Part shown: positions 38,068 to 47,876 of the stretch, in pieces
Layout: each line of letters opens with the position of its first letter
Numbering within the stretch: the stretch's first letter is position 1
IMG/VR virus record: IMGVR_UViG_3300010167_000010
Coordinates: 256,001 to 320,000 of that record
Reading direction: 5' to 3' (one strand)
Length of the DNA stretch: 64,000 bases
DNA from: a virus
Lineage: Duplodnaviria > Caudoviricetes
Notes under the pieces: model-generated
What the model was told of the DNA's origin: nothing
Databases searched by the model: none
Seen by the model: the letters and a program-made list of their open reading frames with translations, nothing else
Position numbers and translations under genes: made by a program

Positions 38068-39453
38068 ATGAGTGAACAAACAAAACAAGAAGTCGTAACG
38101 GATCTCGACCCTAGCTTTTTTCAAGCTTATTCAAAAAAGGTCGCAGAAGAATCAAAAAAATCAACAGGACAATCTAATTTCCCACAAAGAGAATTCGAAG
38201 ACATCGGTTATACTGGATTAGAAACAGGTGTAAACAAAATTTATAGAGTAATTGGTGCACCTCCTGGTTCAGAAACTATGGGTTATGTTAGAAAAAATTA
38301 TGACCCAAAACAAGTTATGATGTGTGAAGTAAAGGATGATGAAGGTAAAAAATTTACTATTCGTCTTCCATTAAGAGAAGATATTGCTGCACATAATCAT
38401 ATTTTACATCGATTATATGACAAAATAACAGAGGTGGTTTGGGTTAACAGAAAGAAAGTTTTTGTAAATGAAACTAAATACCCAGATCTATGGAAGATGA
38501 TTACTAAAGGTAATTATACTGAAAATGATGGCAAAACTTATTCAATTTCGGCAGGATTTAAGTCTACAACATATACAGTAATGAATGTTATAGATAGACA
38601 AGATGATTGGTGTGAAAAAAATAAGCATACTAAAATTTTGTGTAACGATATTGGTGTATCAACAAATCCAAAAACACAAGAAGTTACTTATTGGCCAAAA
38701 CCTGGTATTAAAACTTTTTCTTTAAAGAAAAGATTAGCAGAAATCGTCGGTAAGTATGGTAATTTAGAAACGTACGATATCGCTTTTAAGAAAACAGGTG
38801 AACAGGACAATCCTCTTGAATTAAGAAACGCATCTCTTTATAAATCTAAGAGTATGATGGAAGAAATAAAGAATACAGATGGAACTTTACCAGATGAAAA
38901 TATTATCATTTGTGGTCCACTTACTTCAGAAGAAAAATCTTATGTAAGATATGATTTAGATAAATTATATCAACCAACATCTTATACAAAACTTCTAAAA
39001 AGAGTTGCAGCATTATTTAAGCTTACAGATGCTTATTTAGGTTCGAAGTTTTTCCAAGAACTTGAAGATCTTTCTGAAAAAGAAAAGGAAGAATGGGCTC
39101 GATTATATCCTAAGGGAGAAAATAATGATGAAGCAGAACAGGTTGCAGTAGAAAATAAAACTATAAATGAAGAAGTTAAAAAGGAAGAAGCACCTGTAAC
39201 ACCAAAAAGACGAACTGCAATTGGTCCAGTAGCAAATTTATCTGATGATAAAATTGCTTTACTTAAAGGTTGGTCAAAACTTAATGATCATCAAAAATCT
39301 TTAATTAAAGATATTAAAACTAAAGACGGAGTAGTATCAGAAATTGAATGGGAAGAGTGTGATGAGACTAAAGGTCTTTTCGCTTGCGATTGTCACTTAC
39401 CTTCACCTGAAACATTTGAAACATGTCCTGGCTGCGGAGCCAATTTCGTTTAA
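38068..39453 (+). CDS. putative single-stranded DNA-binding protein (gp32-like) with C-terminal Zn ribbon
   Basis: YRVIG, VMNVIDR and YDIAFKKTG resemble gp32-type OB fold segments; CDC...CPGCG at the C-terminus; strong RBS. Confidence 0.45.
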   Translation: MSEQTKQEVVTDLDPSFFQAYSKKVAEESKKSTGQSNFPQREFEDIGYTGLETGVNKIYRVIGAPPGSETMGYVRKNYDPKQVMMCEVKDDEGKKFTIRLPLREDIAAHNHILHRLYDKITEVVWVNRKKVFVNETKYPDLWKMITKGNYTENDGKTYSISAGFKSTTYTVMNVIDRQDDWCEKNKHTKILCNDIGVSTNPKTQEVTYWPKPGIKTFSLKKRLAEIVGKYGNLETYDIAFKKTGEQDNPLELRNASLYKSKSMMEEIKNTDGTLPDENIIICGPLTSEEKSYVRYDLDKLYQPTSYTKLLKRVAALFKLTDAYLGSKFFQELEDLSEKEKEEWARLYPKGENNDEAEQVAVENKTINEEVKKEEAPVTPKRRTAIGPVANLSDDKIALLKGWSKLNDHQKSLIKDIKTKDGVVSEIEWEECDETKGLFACDCHLPSPETFETCPGCGANFV

Positions 39454-39848
39454 TAGGAGGAAGCGGAGATGAAATATTCTCCGCTAATTTTATGTTATTA
39501 GTTAGAATAAATCCAGGCGAGGATTATATAATTGAAGATGATTCTATATTTAATGATTCTACATTTAGATTAAAAGATATTCCACCAGAAAAAGTTCATA
39601 GAGTTTTCCATAGAATAATAGAATTATCTGAAGAAGAAATGATTAAATATTTCGGTGAAAATTATAAAGAACAACCAAATGTTACAAAATCACAAGTAGA
39701 ATTTTCTTTTCAACCATTATCACAAATGCCTTTTAATTTTAAAAGATTTTTTATAAATATGAATAATATTATTTTTTATGGTGAACTTACTGAAGATTGT
39801 GGATTATTAATGTTATTTAATAAATATAAAGCTGAGATGAATTTATGA
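39423..39848 (+). CDS. hypothetical protein (start probably 39492)
   Basis: ORF coupled to the nucleotidyltransferase. Confidence 0.55.
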   Translation: MSWLRSQFRLIGGSGDEIFSANFMLLVRINPGEDYIIEDDSIFNDSTFRLKDIPPEKVHRVFHRIIELSEEEMIKYFGENYKEQPNVTKSQVEFSFQPLSQMPFNFKRFFINMNNIIFYGELTEDCGLLMLFNKYKAEMNL

Positions 39849-40591
39849 GAGCTTATATATTAGCTGGTGGAAAAGGTACACGTCTATCATCAATAAATAC
39901 AGAAGATAAACCAAAATGTTTAGTAGAAATAGCAGGTAAATCTATTTTAGAATGGCAATTACTACAACTTAAAAAATATGACATTAATGATGTAATAATT
40001 ATCACGTGTTATAAAGCTGAATTGATAAATGATTGGATAAAAGAAAAACAAAAAGATAACGAATTAAAAAATCAACTTTGGGGATTAAATATAATAATTG
40101 TTACAGAAGAAACACCAATGGGAACTGGTGGAATAATTTGTGCACTTAGTCAAGCTTTATTAGATAATGAAGATTTAAATGAACCATTTTTAGTAATTTA
40201 TGGAGATATAATTTTTAATTTTAATTTCAACGATTTTATAAATTATTCGAGAGGAAAAACAGCAGTTGTTGTTACACATCAATCAGATCATCCCCATGAT
40301 AGTAGTTGTGTAGAAATAGAAAATAATGAAATTATTAAATGGTGGAAAAAAGGACAAGCACCAAATTATTGTGATACAACAGTAACTGGTATTAGATATT
40401 TTGATCCAAAATTATTTGAAAATTTTGAAAATAGTGTTTTAGATCTAGAAGAAGATATTTTAAAACCATATCTTAATAATGGAAAAATTATAAATACTTA
40501 TTATACAGACGAATTTATTAAAGATATTGGAACTCCAGAAAGATTTATTAAAGTAGAGAAAATAATTCAAGAAGGATTATATGAAAAATAA
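39845..40591 (+). CDS. sugar-1-phosphate nucleotidyltransferase (HddC/GMPP-like)
   Basis: ILAGGKGTRL...KPKCL, EETPMGTGG, FLVIYGD, KDIGTPER. Confidence 0.85.
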   Translation: MRAYILAGGKGTRLSSINTEDKPKCLVEIAGKSILEWQLLQLKKYDINDVIIITCYKAELINDWIKEKQKDNELKNQLWGLNIIIVTEETPMGTGGIICALSQALLDNEDLNEPFLVIYGDIIFNFNFNDFINYSRGKTAVVVTHQSDHPHDSSCVEIENNEIIKWWKKGQAPNYCDTTVTGIRYFDPKLFENFENSVLDLEEDILKPYLNNGKIINTYYTDEFIKDIGTPERFIKVEKIIQEGLYEK

Positions 40592-41108
40592 AGCTATTTT
40601 TTTAGATCGAGATGGTGTTATAAATGAAGCAATAAAAGAAAATCCCTGTGTTAAATCACCAGAAGAATTTTATTTATTACCATCTGTTATTCAAGCAATT
40701 CGTAAAATAAATGAATCTGATTATTTAGCAATAATTATTACTAATCAACCTGGAATTGCCCAAGGATTATTTATTAAAGAAGATTTAGAAAGAGTTCACG
40801 ACTACATGATTCATTTGTTACAATTTGGTGAAGCTAAAATAGATGATATTTTTTATTGTCCGCATCATCCTGAAAAAGGTTGGCCGAATGAAGTTAAAGA
40901 ATTAAAAATTCAATGTGAATGTAGAAAACCATTACCGGGATTATTAAAATATGCATCAATGAAGCATGGTATAGATTTATCTCAAAGTTTTTTTATTGGT
41001 GATAGAATTCAAGATACATTAGCAGGTCAGGCAGCTGGTTGTAAAACTATTCAGATAGAAACAAATGGTAGTTTATTAGAAGCAATCAATTTTATATTAG
41101 GAGAATAA
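40581..41108 (+). CDS. gmhB: D,D-heptose 1,7-bisphosphate phosphatase (HAD IIIA)
   Basis: AIFLDRDGVIN, ITNQPGIA, YCPHHP...CECRKPLPG, FIGDRIQD..AG. Confidence 0.85.
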   Translation: MKNKAIFLDRDGVINEAIKENPCVKSPEEFYLLPSVIQAIRKINESDYLAIIITNQPGIAQGLFIKEDLERVHDYMIHLLQFGEAKIDDIFYCPHHPEKGWPNEVKELKIQCECRKPLPGLLKYASMKHGIDLSQSFFIGDRIQDTLAGQAAGCKTIQIETNGSLLEAINFILGE

Positions 41109-41111
41109 AAA

Positions 41112-41489
41112 ATGAAAACAAGAAACGGTTTCGTTAGTAATAGTTCAAGCAGCTCATTTGTAATTGTCGGACATTATTTTGATGAAGAAAATTTAATGGA
41201 ATTAAAAAATAAGTTAGGTTTTATCACAGATGAAGATGATGAAAATTACGATTATGATGAATTAGAAGAAAAAATGTATAGTATTTTAGATGAAAATGGT
41301 TTCACTTATCATTTTGATGATAATGGTTTATATGTTGGATTAGAATTTTTAGAAATTGAAGATGATGAAACTAGAAAACAATTTTATGAAAGAGTAAAAA
41401 CAAAAATAAAAAATGCTTTTGAAGTAGACGTTGAACCAGAATTAGTCAATGCAGTAATTGGTATGGGTGGTGAATTGGAGTGGGGTTAA
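41112..41489 (+). CDS. phage protein of the MKxRNGFVSNSSSSSF family
   Basis: MKTRNGFVSNSSSSSFVI; paralog at 31639. Confidence 0.75.
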   Translation: MKTRNGFVSNSSSSSFVIVGHYFDEENLMELKNKLGFITDEDDENYDYDELEEKMYSILDENGFTYHFDDNGLYVGLEFLEIEDDETRKQFYERVKTKIKNAFEVDVEPELVNAVIGMGGELEWG

Positions 41490-41498
41490 TCTATATTT

Positions 41499-42092
41499 AT
41501 GGATGAAAAAACATTTCAAGAACAAAATACAACAATACAAAGAAAAACAATTTGCGTAAATCTAATCGGCGCGCCTGGTTCGGGAAAATCGACAGGTGCA
41601 GCTTATATTTTTGCAAAACTTAAAATGCAAGGTATAAATTGTGAACTAGTAGTTGAATATGCGAAGGACAGAGTTTGGCAAAACGATTTGGAAGTATTTC
41701 GTAATCAATTTTATGTAACAGCAAAACAATCACAACGAATGGCTAGATTACAAAACAAAGTTGATATTATAGTTACAGATAGCCCACTTTTAATGGCGGC
41801 TTATTACGCAAAAGATAAACCATATTACAAGCCTTATGTAGAAGTATTACAACATCTTCATAATGAGTATCTTAACATAAATTGTTTAATAAAGAGAGTT
41901 AAACCATATAATCCAAAAGGTAGATTTCAAGATGAAGCGGGAAGTGATGCAATGCAATCTGAATTTATAGAAATGTACGCAAAAGAATTTGGAGTAACTC
42001 TCGATGATTTTAAAGGTAATGAAAAAGGTTATAATGAAATTATTAAAGGTGTTTTAGAATGTCATCAAAAAGAATTTATAAATTTTAATTAG
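41499..42092 (+). CDS. AAA_28/NadR-like nucleotide kinase
   Basis: NLIGAPGSGKST, ELVVEYAKD, IVTDSPLL, GRFQ. Confidence 0.75.
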   Translation: MDEKTFQEQNTTIQRKTICVNLIGAPGSGKSTGAAYIFAKLKMQGINCELVVEYAKDRVWQNDLEVFRNQFYVTAKQSQRMARLQNKVDIIVTDSPLLMAAYYAKDKPYYKPYVEVLQHLHNEYLNINCLIKRVKPYNPKGRFQDEAGSDAMQSEFIEMYAKEFGVTLDDFKGNEKGYNEIIKGVLECHQKEFINFN

Positions 42093-42101
42093 GAGAAAAA
42101 T

Positions 42102-42308
42102 ATGAAGAAAAGAGATCCAGAAATAACAGAAGCTTTAGGTTTAAAGAAAGAATATGATATGTTTATTAAAAATGCATCAAGACCAGGGGCTCCAAAAATA
42201 GAATCTGATTATTATCATTCTATGGCACAAAGAACAGCAAGTGGAATAAATTGGAAACATTTAGAAAAGAAAAAGAAGAAAGAAGAAAGAGATAATTACG
42301 ATAGTTAA
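42102..42308 (+). CDS. hypothetical protein
   Basis: AGGAG RBS; 68 aa. Confidence 0.6.
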   Translation: MKKRDPEITEALGLKKEYDMFIKNASRPGAPKIESDYYHSMAQRTASGINWKHLEKKKKKEERDNYDS

Positions 42309-42317
42309 TTTAATTTT

Positions 42318-43055
42318 ATGTTAAAAAAATGGACCCAATGTCGACAATGTAAATCTAAACAGTCACCAACTATTCCAGCTGGGTATTTTAAAACAGAAGA
42401 AATAAAAAATGGAATACATTATATTGTAACAAAAGAATGTTTATGCCACAAAAATTGGAGACTTGAAGAAGAAAAATATCAAAAATTTATAAGTTCAGGT
42501 TTCGATAAAGATAAATATAATTTAAACTTTGAAGATTATAAGGGAACCCAATCAATAGGAAATATAACTCGATTAAAAAATTATATAGAATTATTTCCAA
42601 AAGATGATAAAGTAAGAAAAACTATTTTATATTTTTGGGGTTTAACTGATACTCAAAAAACTACTGTAGCTACTATTATAGCTAATAAATTACTTTCTCA
42701 TTTTGATATTAGATATAAAATATGTGATGATTTATTTAAAATAATAATAGATAATCAATATTACCCAGAAAATGAAGAATATGAAATTAAAGTTCAACAA
42801 TGTATAAACTGTGATTTACTTATTATTGATGATGTATTTAACGAAATATATACTGATAAACAACTTCCATTTTTAGAAAAGTTTATTCAAAAAAGAATAG
42901 ATAATAAAAAAGGAATTATATTTATTTCTAACGTTCATTTAGCAGATATAAAAAATATGTCTATTAAAAACTTAATTAAAAAATATACTGATAAAAATAA
43001 AACAGAATTTAATTTTTTCGATATTTATAATGATATTCCAGAGGTATTATTTTAA
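42318..43055 (+). CDS. DnaC/IstB-like helicase loader
   Basis: N-terminal CxxC...CxC, LYFWGLTDTQKT (degenerate Walker A), DLLIIDD, IFISN; coupled to the helicase. Confidence 0.7.
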   Translation: MLKKWTQCRQCKSKQSPTIPAGYFKTEEIKNGIHYIVTKECLCHKNWRLEEEKYQKFISSGFDKDKYNLNFEDYKGTQSIGNITRLKNYIELFPKDDKVRKTILYFWGLTDTQKTTVATIIANKLLSHFDIRYKICDDLFKIIIDNQYYPENEEYEIKVQQCINCDLLIIDDVFNEIYTDKQLPFLEKFIQKRIDNKKGIIFISNVHLADIKNMSIKNLIKKYTDKNKTEFNFFDIYNDIPEVLF

Positions 43056-44449
43056 TGGCTAAATCAGATATAGATCAATTTACTGAAAAAAGATTATTAC
43101 AAACTTTATATTTTCAACCAGAATTTTTAGAAGATCAACTTGTAAATGAGGATATATTTTCATCTTCATCAACTAGAAATATTTATAAATCTTTACTATT
43201 TTTAAAAAATTCAGCAATACCATTTACTCGTGATGCATTATTACAAGAATATGGAAAATTAGATTTAGATGCAAATCCTGCTGTTATAGACTTAATAACT
43301 CAAAAACAAAATCAATCTTTAACTACAATAAAAGATATTATAACACAATTACAAGATGCTAAAAAGAGAAGAAGGGCCGCCGCAAATTTAAAAGCAGCAA
43401 TTAAAAAAATAGATGAAGTTACTCATTTAAATGAAGTTAACGTTGTAGATATAAAAGATTTAATTGGTGATGCTGAAAGTTCTTTAATCTTAGAAGATTA
43501 TTCTACAAAAAAGGTAATGGGAATTCCTGAGTGGATGGATAATTATAATAAAGATTTAAATGCTAGAAAAAAGGGAAAACAATATTATTTTTATAATTTT
43601 ATATTTGATGAATTAATTTTGAGTGGACCACAACCTGGCGAAATTGGGATTATAGCGTCAGCATCTGGTTCAGGTAAAAGTACATTATGTCTTAACTTAG
43701 TTAATTCTTTAATTGATGTAAATATTCCTTGTATGTATTTTTCTCTAGAAATGTCGTCAACAACTACTATGGATAGATTATTATCTAAAAGATTAGAAAT
43801 AAAATATAGTGATATAGTTGCTCCACAAGATCAGGGTCAATTTGAAGATTTATGTAGTTTAATAGAATCTGAAAGATTAAATTTAATTCAAAATACTAAA
43901 TTTCGTTTTTCAGAAGATCCTTCAATGTCTTTAAGTGATTTAAGAAAATATATAAAGAAATTTCAAGCTGAAATTGGTCAAAATTATTGTATAATAGTTT
44001 TAGATTTATTATCAATGATTACTGATTTTACTAGAATGAAAAACGGAATGAATTTTGCACAAGTTATTGAAGTTGCTGTTAATCAACTATCTGCGTTATC
44101 TAAAGAATTAAATATTCATATAGTTGGTGTATTACAATTAAATAGATCTTCAGAAGCAGATAAAAAATGTCATGACTTAAAAGATTTACAACAATTTAGA
44201 CCAAATCGTTCACAAATAAAAAATGCACATGGTTGGGTTGAAAGATGTAGATATGCAATTACAACTTTTAGAGAAAAAATGTATGCTGAATTATATTTAC
44301 AACCTGAACAATATGAAAATATGATAGATATAATCGAGTGTCAAGTTGTAAAAGGAAATAATTTTAAATTAGGTAAAACAGTTAAAGGAATATTTAATGG
44401 AGAATATTTCACAATCGAGCCACTTCCTTCTGAAACTACTTTTAATTAA
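43055..44449 (+). CDS. dnaB: replicative DNA helicase (DnaB family)
   Basis: ASASGSGKST, YFSLEM, IVLDLL, VLQLNR. Confidence 0.9.
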   Translation: MAKSDIDQFTEKRLLQTLYFQPEFLEDQLVNEDIFSSSSTRNIYKSLLFLKNSAIPFTRDALLQEYGKLDLDANPAVIDLITQKQNQSLTTIKDIITQLQDAKKRRRAAANLKAAIKKIDEVTHLNEVNVVDIKDLIGDAESSLILEDYSTKKVMGIPEWMDNYNKDLNARKKGKQYYFYNFIFDELILSGPQPGEIGIIASASGSGKSTLCLNLVNSLIDVNIPCMYFSLEMSSTTTMDRLLSKRLEIKYSDIVAPQDQGQFEDLCSLIESERLNLIQNTKFRFSEDPSMSLSDLRKYIKKFQAEIGQNYCIIVLDLLSMITDFTRMKNGMNFAQVIEVAVNQLSALSKELNIHIVGVLQLNRSSEADKKCHDLKDLQQFRPNRSQIKNAHGWVERCRYAITTFREKMYAELYLQPEQYENMIDIIECQVVKGNNFKLGKTVKGIFNGEYFTIEPLPSETTFN

Positions 44450-45087
44450 ATATATTTAAAATGATATCCTTTCATACATATTCCTAACCGCGCCGCTTTA
44501 TTTACACAAGTTATATTCATTTTAAGGCCAGCTTCTTTTGCTGAATTAAATATTTCTTTAGTTTCAATGCATATTATTTTTTTAGAATTATCATAATTAA
44601 ATTTATATTTTCTTCCTAAATAAAAATTATCAGGAATATTTTCATTTTTATGAATTCTTTTATTTTCTTTTCCATTAGTTATCCATATATAATTTTGATT
44701 TGAAAATTTATTTTGTCCTTTATTTCCACCTGATATATAGCCTTCAGGTTGTTTTTCTTGAAATTTTAAACTTATTCCATTAGTCCACCATTTTTTATTT
44801 CCCATTTTTTCTCTCATTTTTATTTTCCATTCTTCTGAATGTTTTTGTATTTTTCCTAATTTATTATGCAAAGCAGTATGCTCATCTGAATACATTGGTA
44901 TAACTTTCCAATTTTCATATGGGCTATTAAAATCATAATGATGATATACTATTCGTATATTAGGCCTTTTTAATTTCATTTCTTTAACAATAAATTTAAA
45001 AATTAAAACCATTATTTTATAATTTTTAAATCCTTTTATCTTAATTGGATCATTATTTGGTGTATTTAACCATTCTTTTCGAGTCAT
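44446..45087 (-). CDS. free-standing HNH homing endonuclease with NUMOD repeats
   Basis: VYHH...EHTALH; KWWTNG / WITNG repeats; IICIETKEIFNSAKEA. Confidence 0.7.
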   Translation of the reverse strand: MTRKEWLNTPNNDPIKIKGFKNYKIMVLIFKFIVKEMKLKRPNIRIVYHHYDFNSPYENWKVIPMYSDEHTALHNKLGKIQKHSEEWKIKMREKMGNKKWWTNGISLKFQEKQPEGYISGGNKGQNKFSNQNYIWITNGKENKRIHKNENIPDNFYLGRKYKFNYDNSKKIICIETKEIFNSAKEAGLKMNITCVNKAARLGICMKGYHFKYI

Positions 45088-45116
45088 ATTATTTAGTTAT
45101 TATTTTACTATAGAGT

Positions 45117-45719
45117 CTAATCCTCTTTTTTAATTATTTGATCTATAATTAAACTATTAATAAAAAAGTATTCAGACGCTTCTTCTAAAGTTTTAAATTT
45201 TCCAGAACGATAATTTTTTAAGAAAATAACTAAACTACCGCCATTAAATTTATATCTAAAACTTTCTCCAATTTCATCATTAAGAAATGAACTTTCTTCT
45301 AATAATAAAATTGCAATTTGTTTCCAAGCTAATATTTTATCTATTCGATACATACGAGTACCAATAACACGCATTTCATATTTAGATAAATTATTTATAT
45401 CATGTCCTTTTTCTACTTTTAATGCTAATTCACTTGAAGTTAATTCATGTTTTTCTAAAATTTCTTCTATTATCCTAGGATAATGCTTTTCTACTAAAAG
45501 AGATTTAATATCAGCTATAAAATCTTTTGGATCTTGCTCATATTTAAATGGAAAAAAATATTTACTATTTGAATTGACATGAGTAATTAAAACACCTTCT
45601 TCTCCATTTTGTATTTTAATTATCATTGAAAGTAATACGGGTGATTTTTTACAAAAATTTGTAAATTTTGAACTGAACTTATCTTTCCACCATTTGGCAG
45701 AAAATTTGTTATCTAACAT
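45117..45719 (-). CDS. hypothetical protein
   Basis: AAGGAG RBS; ACTAATTA upstream. Confidence 0.65.
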   Translation of the reverse strand: MLDNKFSAKWWKDKFSSKFTNFCKKSPVLLSMIIKIQNGEEGVLITHVNSNSKYFFPFKYEQDPKDFIADIKSLLVEKHYPRIIEEILEKHELTSSELALKVEKGHDINNLSKYEMRVIGTRMYRIDKILAWKQIAILLLEESSFLNDEIGESFRYKFNGGSLVIFLKNYRSGKFKTLEEASEYFFINSLIIDQIIKKED

Positions 45720-45820
45720 ATTATTATTTCTCCTTATATATAAGTTGTTCTTAGTAATTAGTTTTGAATTTATTTTTTTAAGTTCTTATATAAATTTAAT
45801 AAATAATTAAGGGTGGTTTT

Positions 45821-46042
45821 ATGAATAAAAAGCAAAAATACAATATTCACGATATTGTAAAAATTTCTAATTCTCTAGATTTAGAACATACAGATAGAAG
45901 ATGTAAAGAATGGACAATTAGATCGGTAGAATTTTTAAATTATACTGATCCATCTTCTAGACGGTTTATCTATGGTATGGCTAATAAAGCCGGTGATATC
46001 TTAGATTATGTTAAAGAAGATGAAATAATTGGTGTTATTTGA
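45821..46042 (+). CDS. hypothetical small SH3-like protein
   Basis: KYNIHDIVK...YVKEDEI; TTGAAT...TCTTATA promoter variant upstream. Confidence 0.55.
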   Translation: MNKKQKYNIHDIVKISNSLDLEHTDRRCKEWTIRSVEFLNYTDPSSRRFIYGMANKAGDILDYVKEDEIIGVI

Positions 46043-46067
46043 ACAATCTTTCTTATAATCTTATATT
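46039..46067 (+). promoter_or_regulatory. sigma70-like early-type promoter
   Basis: TTGAAC-N17-TATATT then TGTAAGGGAGATTA leader shared with the 59552 unit. Confidence 0.65.
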
Positions 46068-46091
46068 ATATATGTAAGGGAGATTACAGAT

Positions 46092-46367
46092 ATGACAAAG
46101 ATTTTAATCACTATTCAAAAACCAGACTTGACTAAGGGGATTTCTAATACTCCTCATTATCAAGCAATTCGGACTCTGCCATTTGGAATCGAGAGTGGGG
46201 CTTATCCAGTAGGCGATGATTTCGTCGTAGAGATTAAGGGCCGTAGATCAGAACAGGCCTTTCAAGCTGCAACTTCTTTCATGGAAAATTATCCTGGTGA
46301 GATTTTTAGTGCCTTTCAACACTCTGGAAAACGAGTAACAGATCTTATGCCGGCTGTGGCTGGCTAA
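46092..46367 (+). CDS. hypothetical early protein
   Basis: Monocistronic unit: promoter, GGGAG RBS, terminator. Confidence 0.7.
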   Translation: MTKILITIQKPDLTKGISNTPHYQAIRTLPFGIESGAYPVGDDFVVEIKGRRSEQAFQAATSFMENYPGEIFSAFQHSGKRVTDLMPAVAG

Positions 46368-46372
46368 ATAAT

Positions 46373-46396
46373 AGCCCCGGATAATCCGGGGCTTTT
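46373..46396 (+). terminator. Rho-independent terminator
   Basis: AGCCCCGGA-taa-TCCGGGGCT then TTT. Confidence 0.75.
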
Positions 46397-46444
46397 GTTG
46401 TATATAGTTAATATACAAATATAATTATCATTAAGGAAGATAAA

Positions 46445-46828
46445 ATGGCGAAAGCAAAAAAAGAAAAGAAACCTTCATATGTTTATACTATTTCGGACAT
46501 TGAAGCAAAATATAAAATTTTTATGAATCCGGATTTAGAAAAAAGAACTGCATTAAAAGAACGTGTCATGTTAAATGGTGGATATTGTCCATCTAGAAAT
46601 GAAAAAACATCTGATAATAGATGTATGTGTAAACAATTTCAAAATAGAGATAGTGAGGGTTGGTGTAAGTGTCGGCTTTATTTTAAAGAAGCAAGAACAA
46701 AAAAGCAGGCAGCTGCATTTCAAAATTCTACCTTTGAAGCTAATGAAAAGAAAGAAAAAGAATTAGAAAAACAATTAGCAAAAGAAGAAAAACTAAAGCA
46801 GAAGGAATTAGAAGCATTAAATGAGTGA
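46445..46828 (+). CDS. ferredoxin:thioredoxin reductase catalytic-subunit-like Fe-S protein
   Basis: GGYCPSR...CMCKQF...GWCKCRLY matches CPC/CxC/CHC spacing. Confidence 0.7.
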   Translation: MAKAKKEKKPSYVYTISDIEAKYKIFMNPDLEKRTALKERVMLNGGYCPSRNEKTSDNRCMCKQFQNRDSEGWCKCRLYFKEARTKKQAAAFQNSTFEANEKKEKELEKQLAKEEKLKQKELEALNE

Positions 46829-47486
46829 ACAACGAGTAAAACGTAGACCAGTTACGTCAGCATCAGCTGACGTAATTGATAATTTAAAAGATATAGAAAA
46901 AAGTCAAATAAATGGTATTGTGGTAGAAGTTGGTCAATATCCTGAAGTCCCAGAGGAATTATTTAATCAAGAAAAACCATATAAAGAAGCTGAAGAAAAT
47001 TTAGTAATATTTGTAGAAAAACAAATAGAACTTATGAAAGAAAATCTTCTTTTTGGCGGGATGGCTGAGCCATCATTTTATGCTTTAAATCAATCTTTAA
47101 TGAATTATGAGTCGGTGCTATTAGGGCTTATCGCTTTACATCAAGAAATGAGAATACAAAAAGATATTGCAAACGAAAAATACGAAAATTTTTATGCTGA
47201 AAAATATTGTGAAATAAAAATGCAACAAGTTAGTTTGGGTAAAAGTGCAAACTTTACAGCAGCAAGAGAAATTGAAATGTTTGTTAGAAAAAATTGGTTA
47301 AAAGAATTATCTCAATTAAAAGCTGAATATATAAAAATAGAAAATAAATACAATTTTATAAATCATTTAATGTCTGGTTGGGAAAAATATGCTTTCGTAT
47401 TAAATACATTATCAAAAAATGCCCAGGCAGAAGCTGCTGCATCTGGGATAAGTAAAAAAGAATTTGGTGATGAAAGTATAAATTAA
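46821..47486 (+). CDS. helical protein, possibly UvsY-like recombination mediator
   Basis: Long helices with UvsY-like layout (EKYENFY...EIEMFV...FINHLM...KYAFVL); weak similarity only. Confidence 0.3.
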   Translation: MSEQRVKRRPVTSASADVIDNLKDIEKSQINGIVVEVGQYPEVPEELFNQEKPYKEAEENLVIFVEKQIELMKENLLFGGMAEPSFYALNQSLMNYESVLLGLIALHQEMRIQKDIANEKYENFYAEKYCEIKMQQVSLGKSANFTAAREIEMFVRKNWLKELSQLKAEYIKIENKYNFINHLMSGWEKYAFVLNTLSKNAQAEAAASGISKKEFGDESIN

Positions 47487-47498
47487 ATAGGAGAAATT

Positions 47499-47873
47499 AT
47501 GTTCGGAAAGAAAAAGAACGATTTAGTCGGAGATTGGGGAAAACAAGTTCAAAAAATATTAGAACAGTCTGTTGCCATTACATCAGCAAATATTTTAGGG
47601 ATAGAAGACCTAGAAGATACTGGTAGATCTAAATTAGTATCTGAAATACAAAATCTTGTAAAAGAAACAGCTGAACTAATTCAAGAAAATTGTGAACATC
47701 AATTTGAAAAGTCTTTAGTAAATAAATTAGATAGATCACCATTTGGCTCTTATTCATATACTAAATCTACCAGTATTCCAAAAGAAAGCTTATTTGAAAT
47801 TATTGATGAAAGATTAAGAGAACATAATTTAATTAAAACTCCTACTGGAACACCTCTTAAAAAAGAGAAATAG
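47499..47873 (+). CDS. hypothetical protein
   Basis: AGGAG RBS; 124 aa. Confidence 0.65.
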   Translation: MFGKKKNDLVGDWGKQVQKILEQSVAITSANILGIEDLEDTGRSKLVSEIQNLVKETAELIQENCEHQFEKSLVNKLDRSPFGSYSYTKSTSIPKESLFEIIDERLREHNLIKTPTGTPLKKEK

Positions 47874-47876
47874 ATA

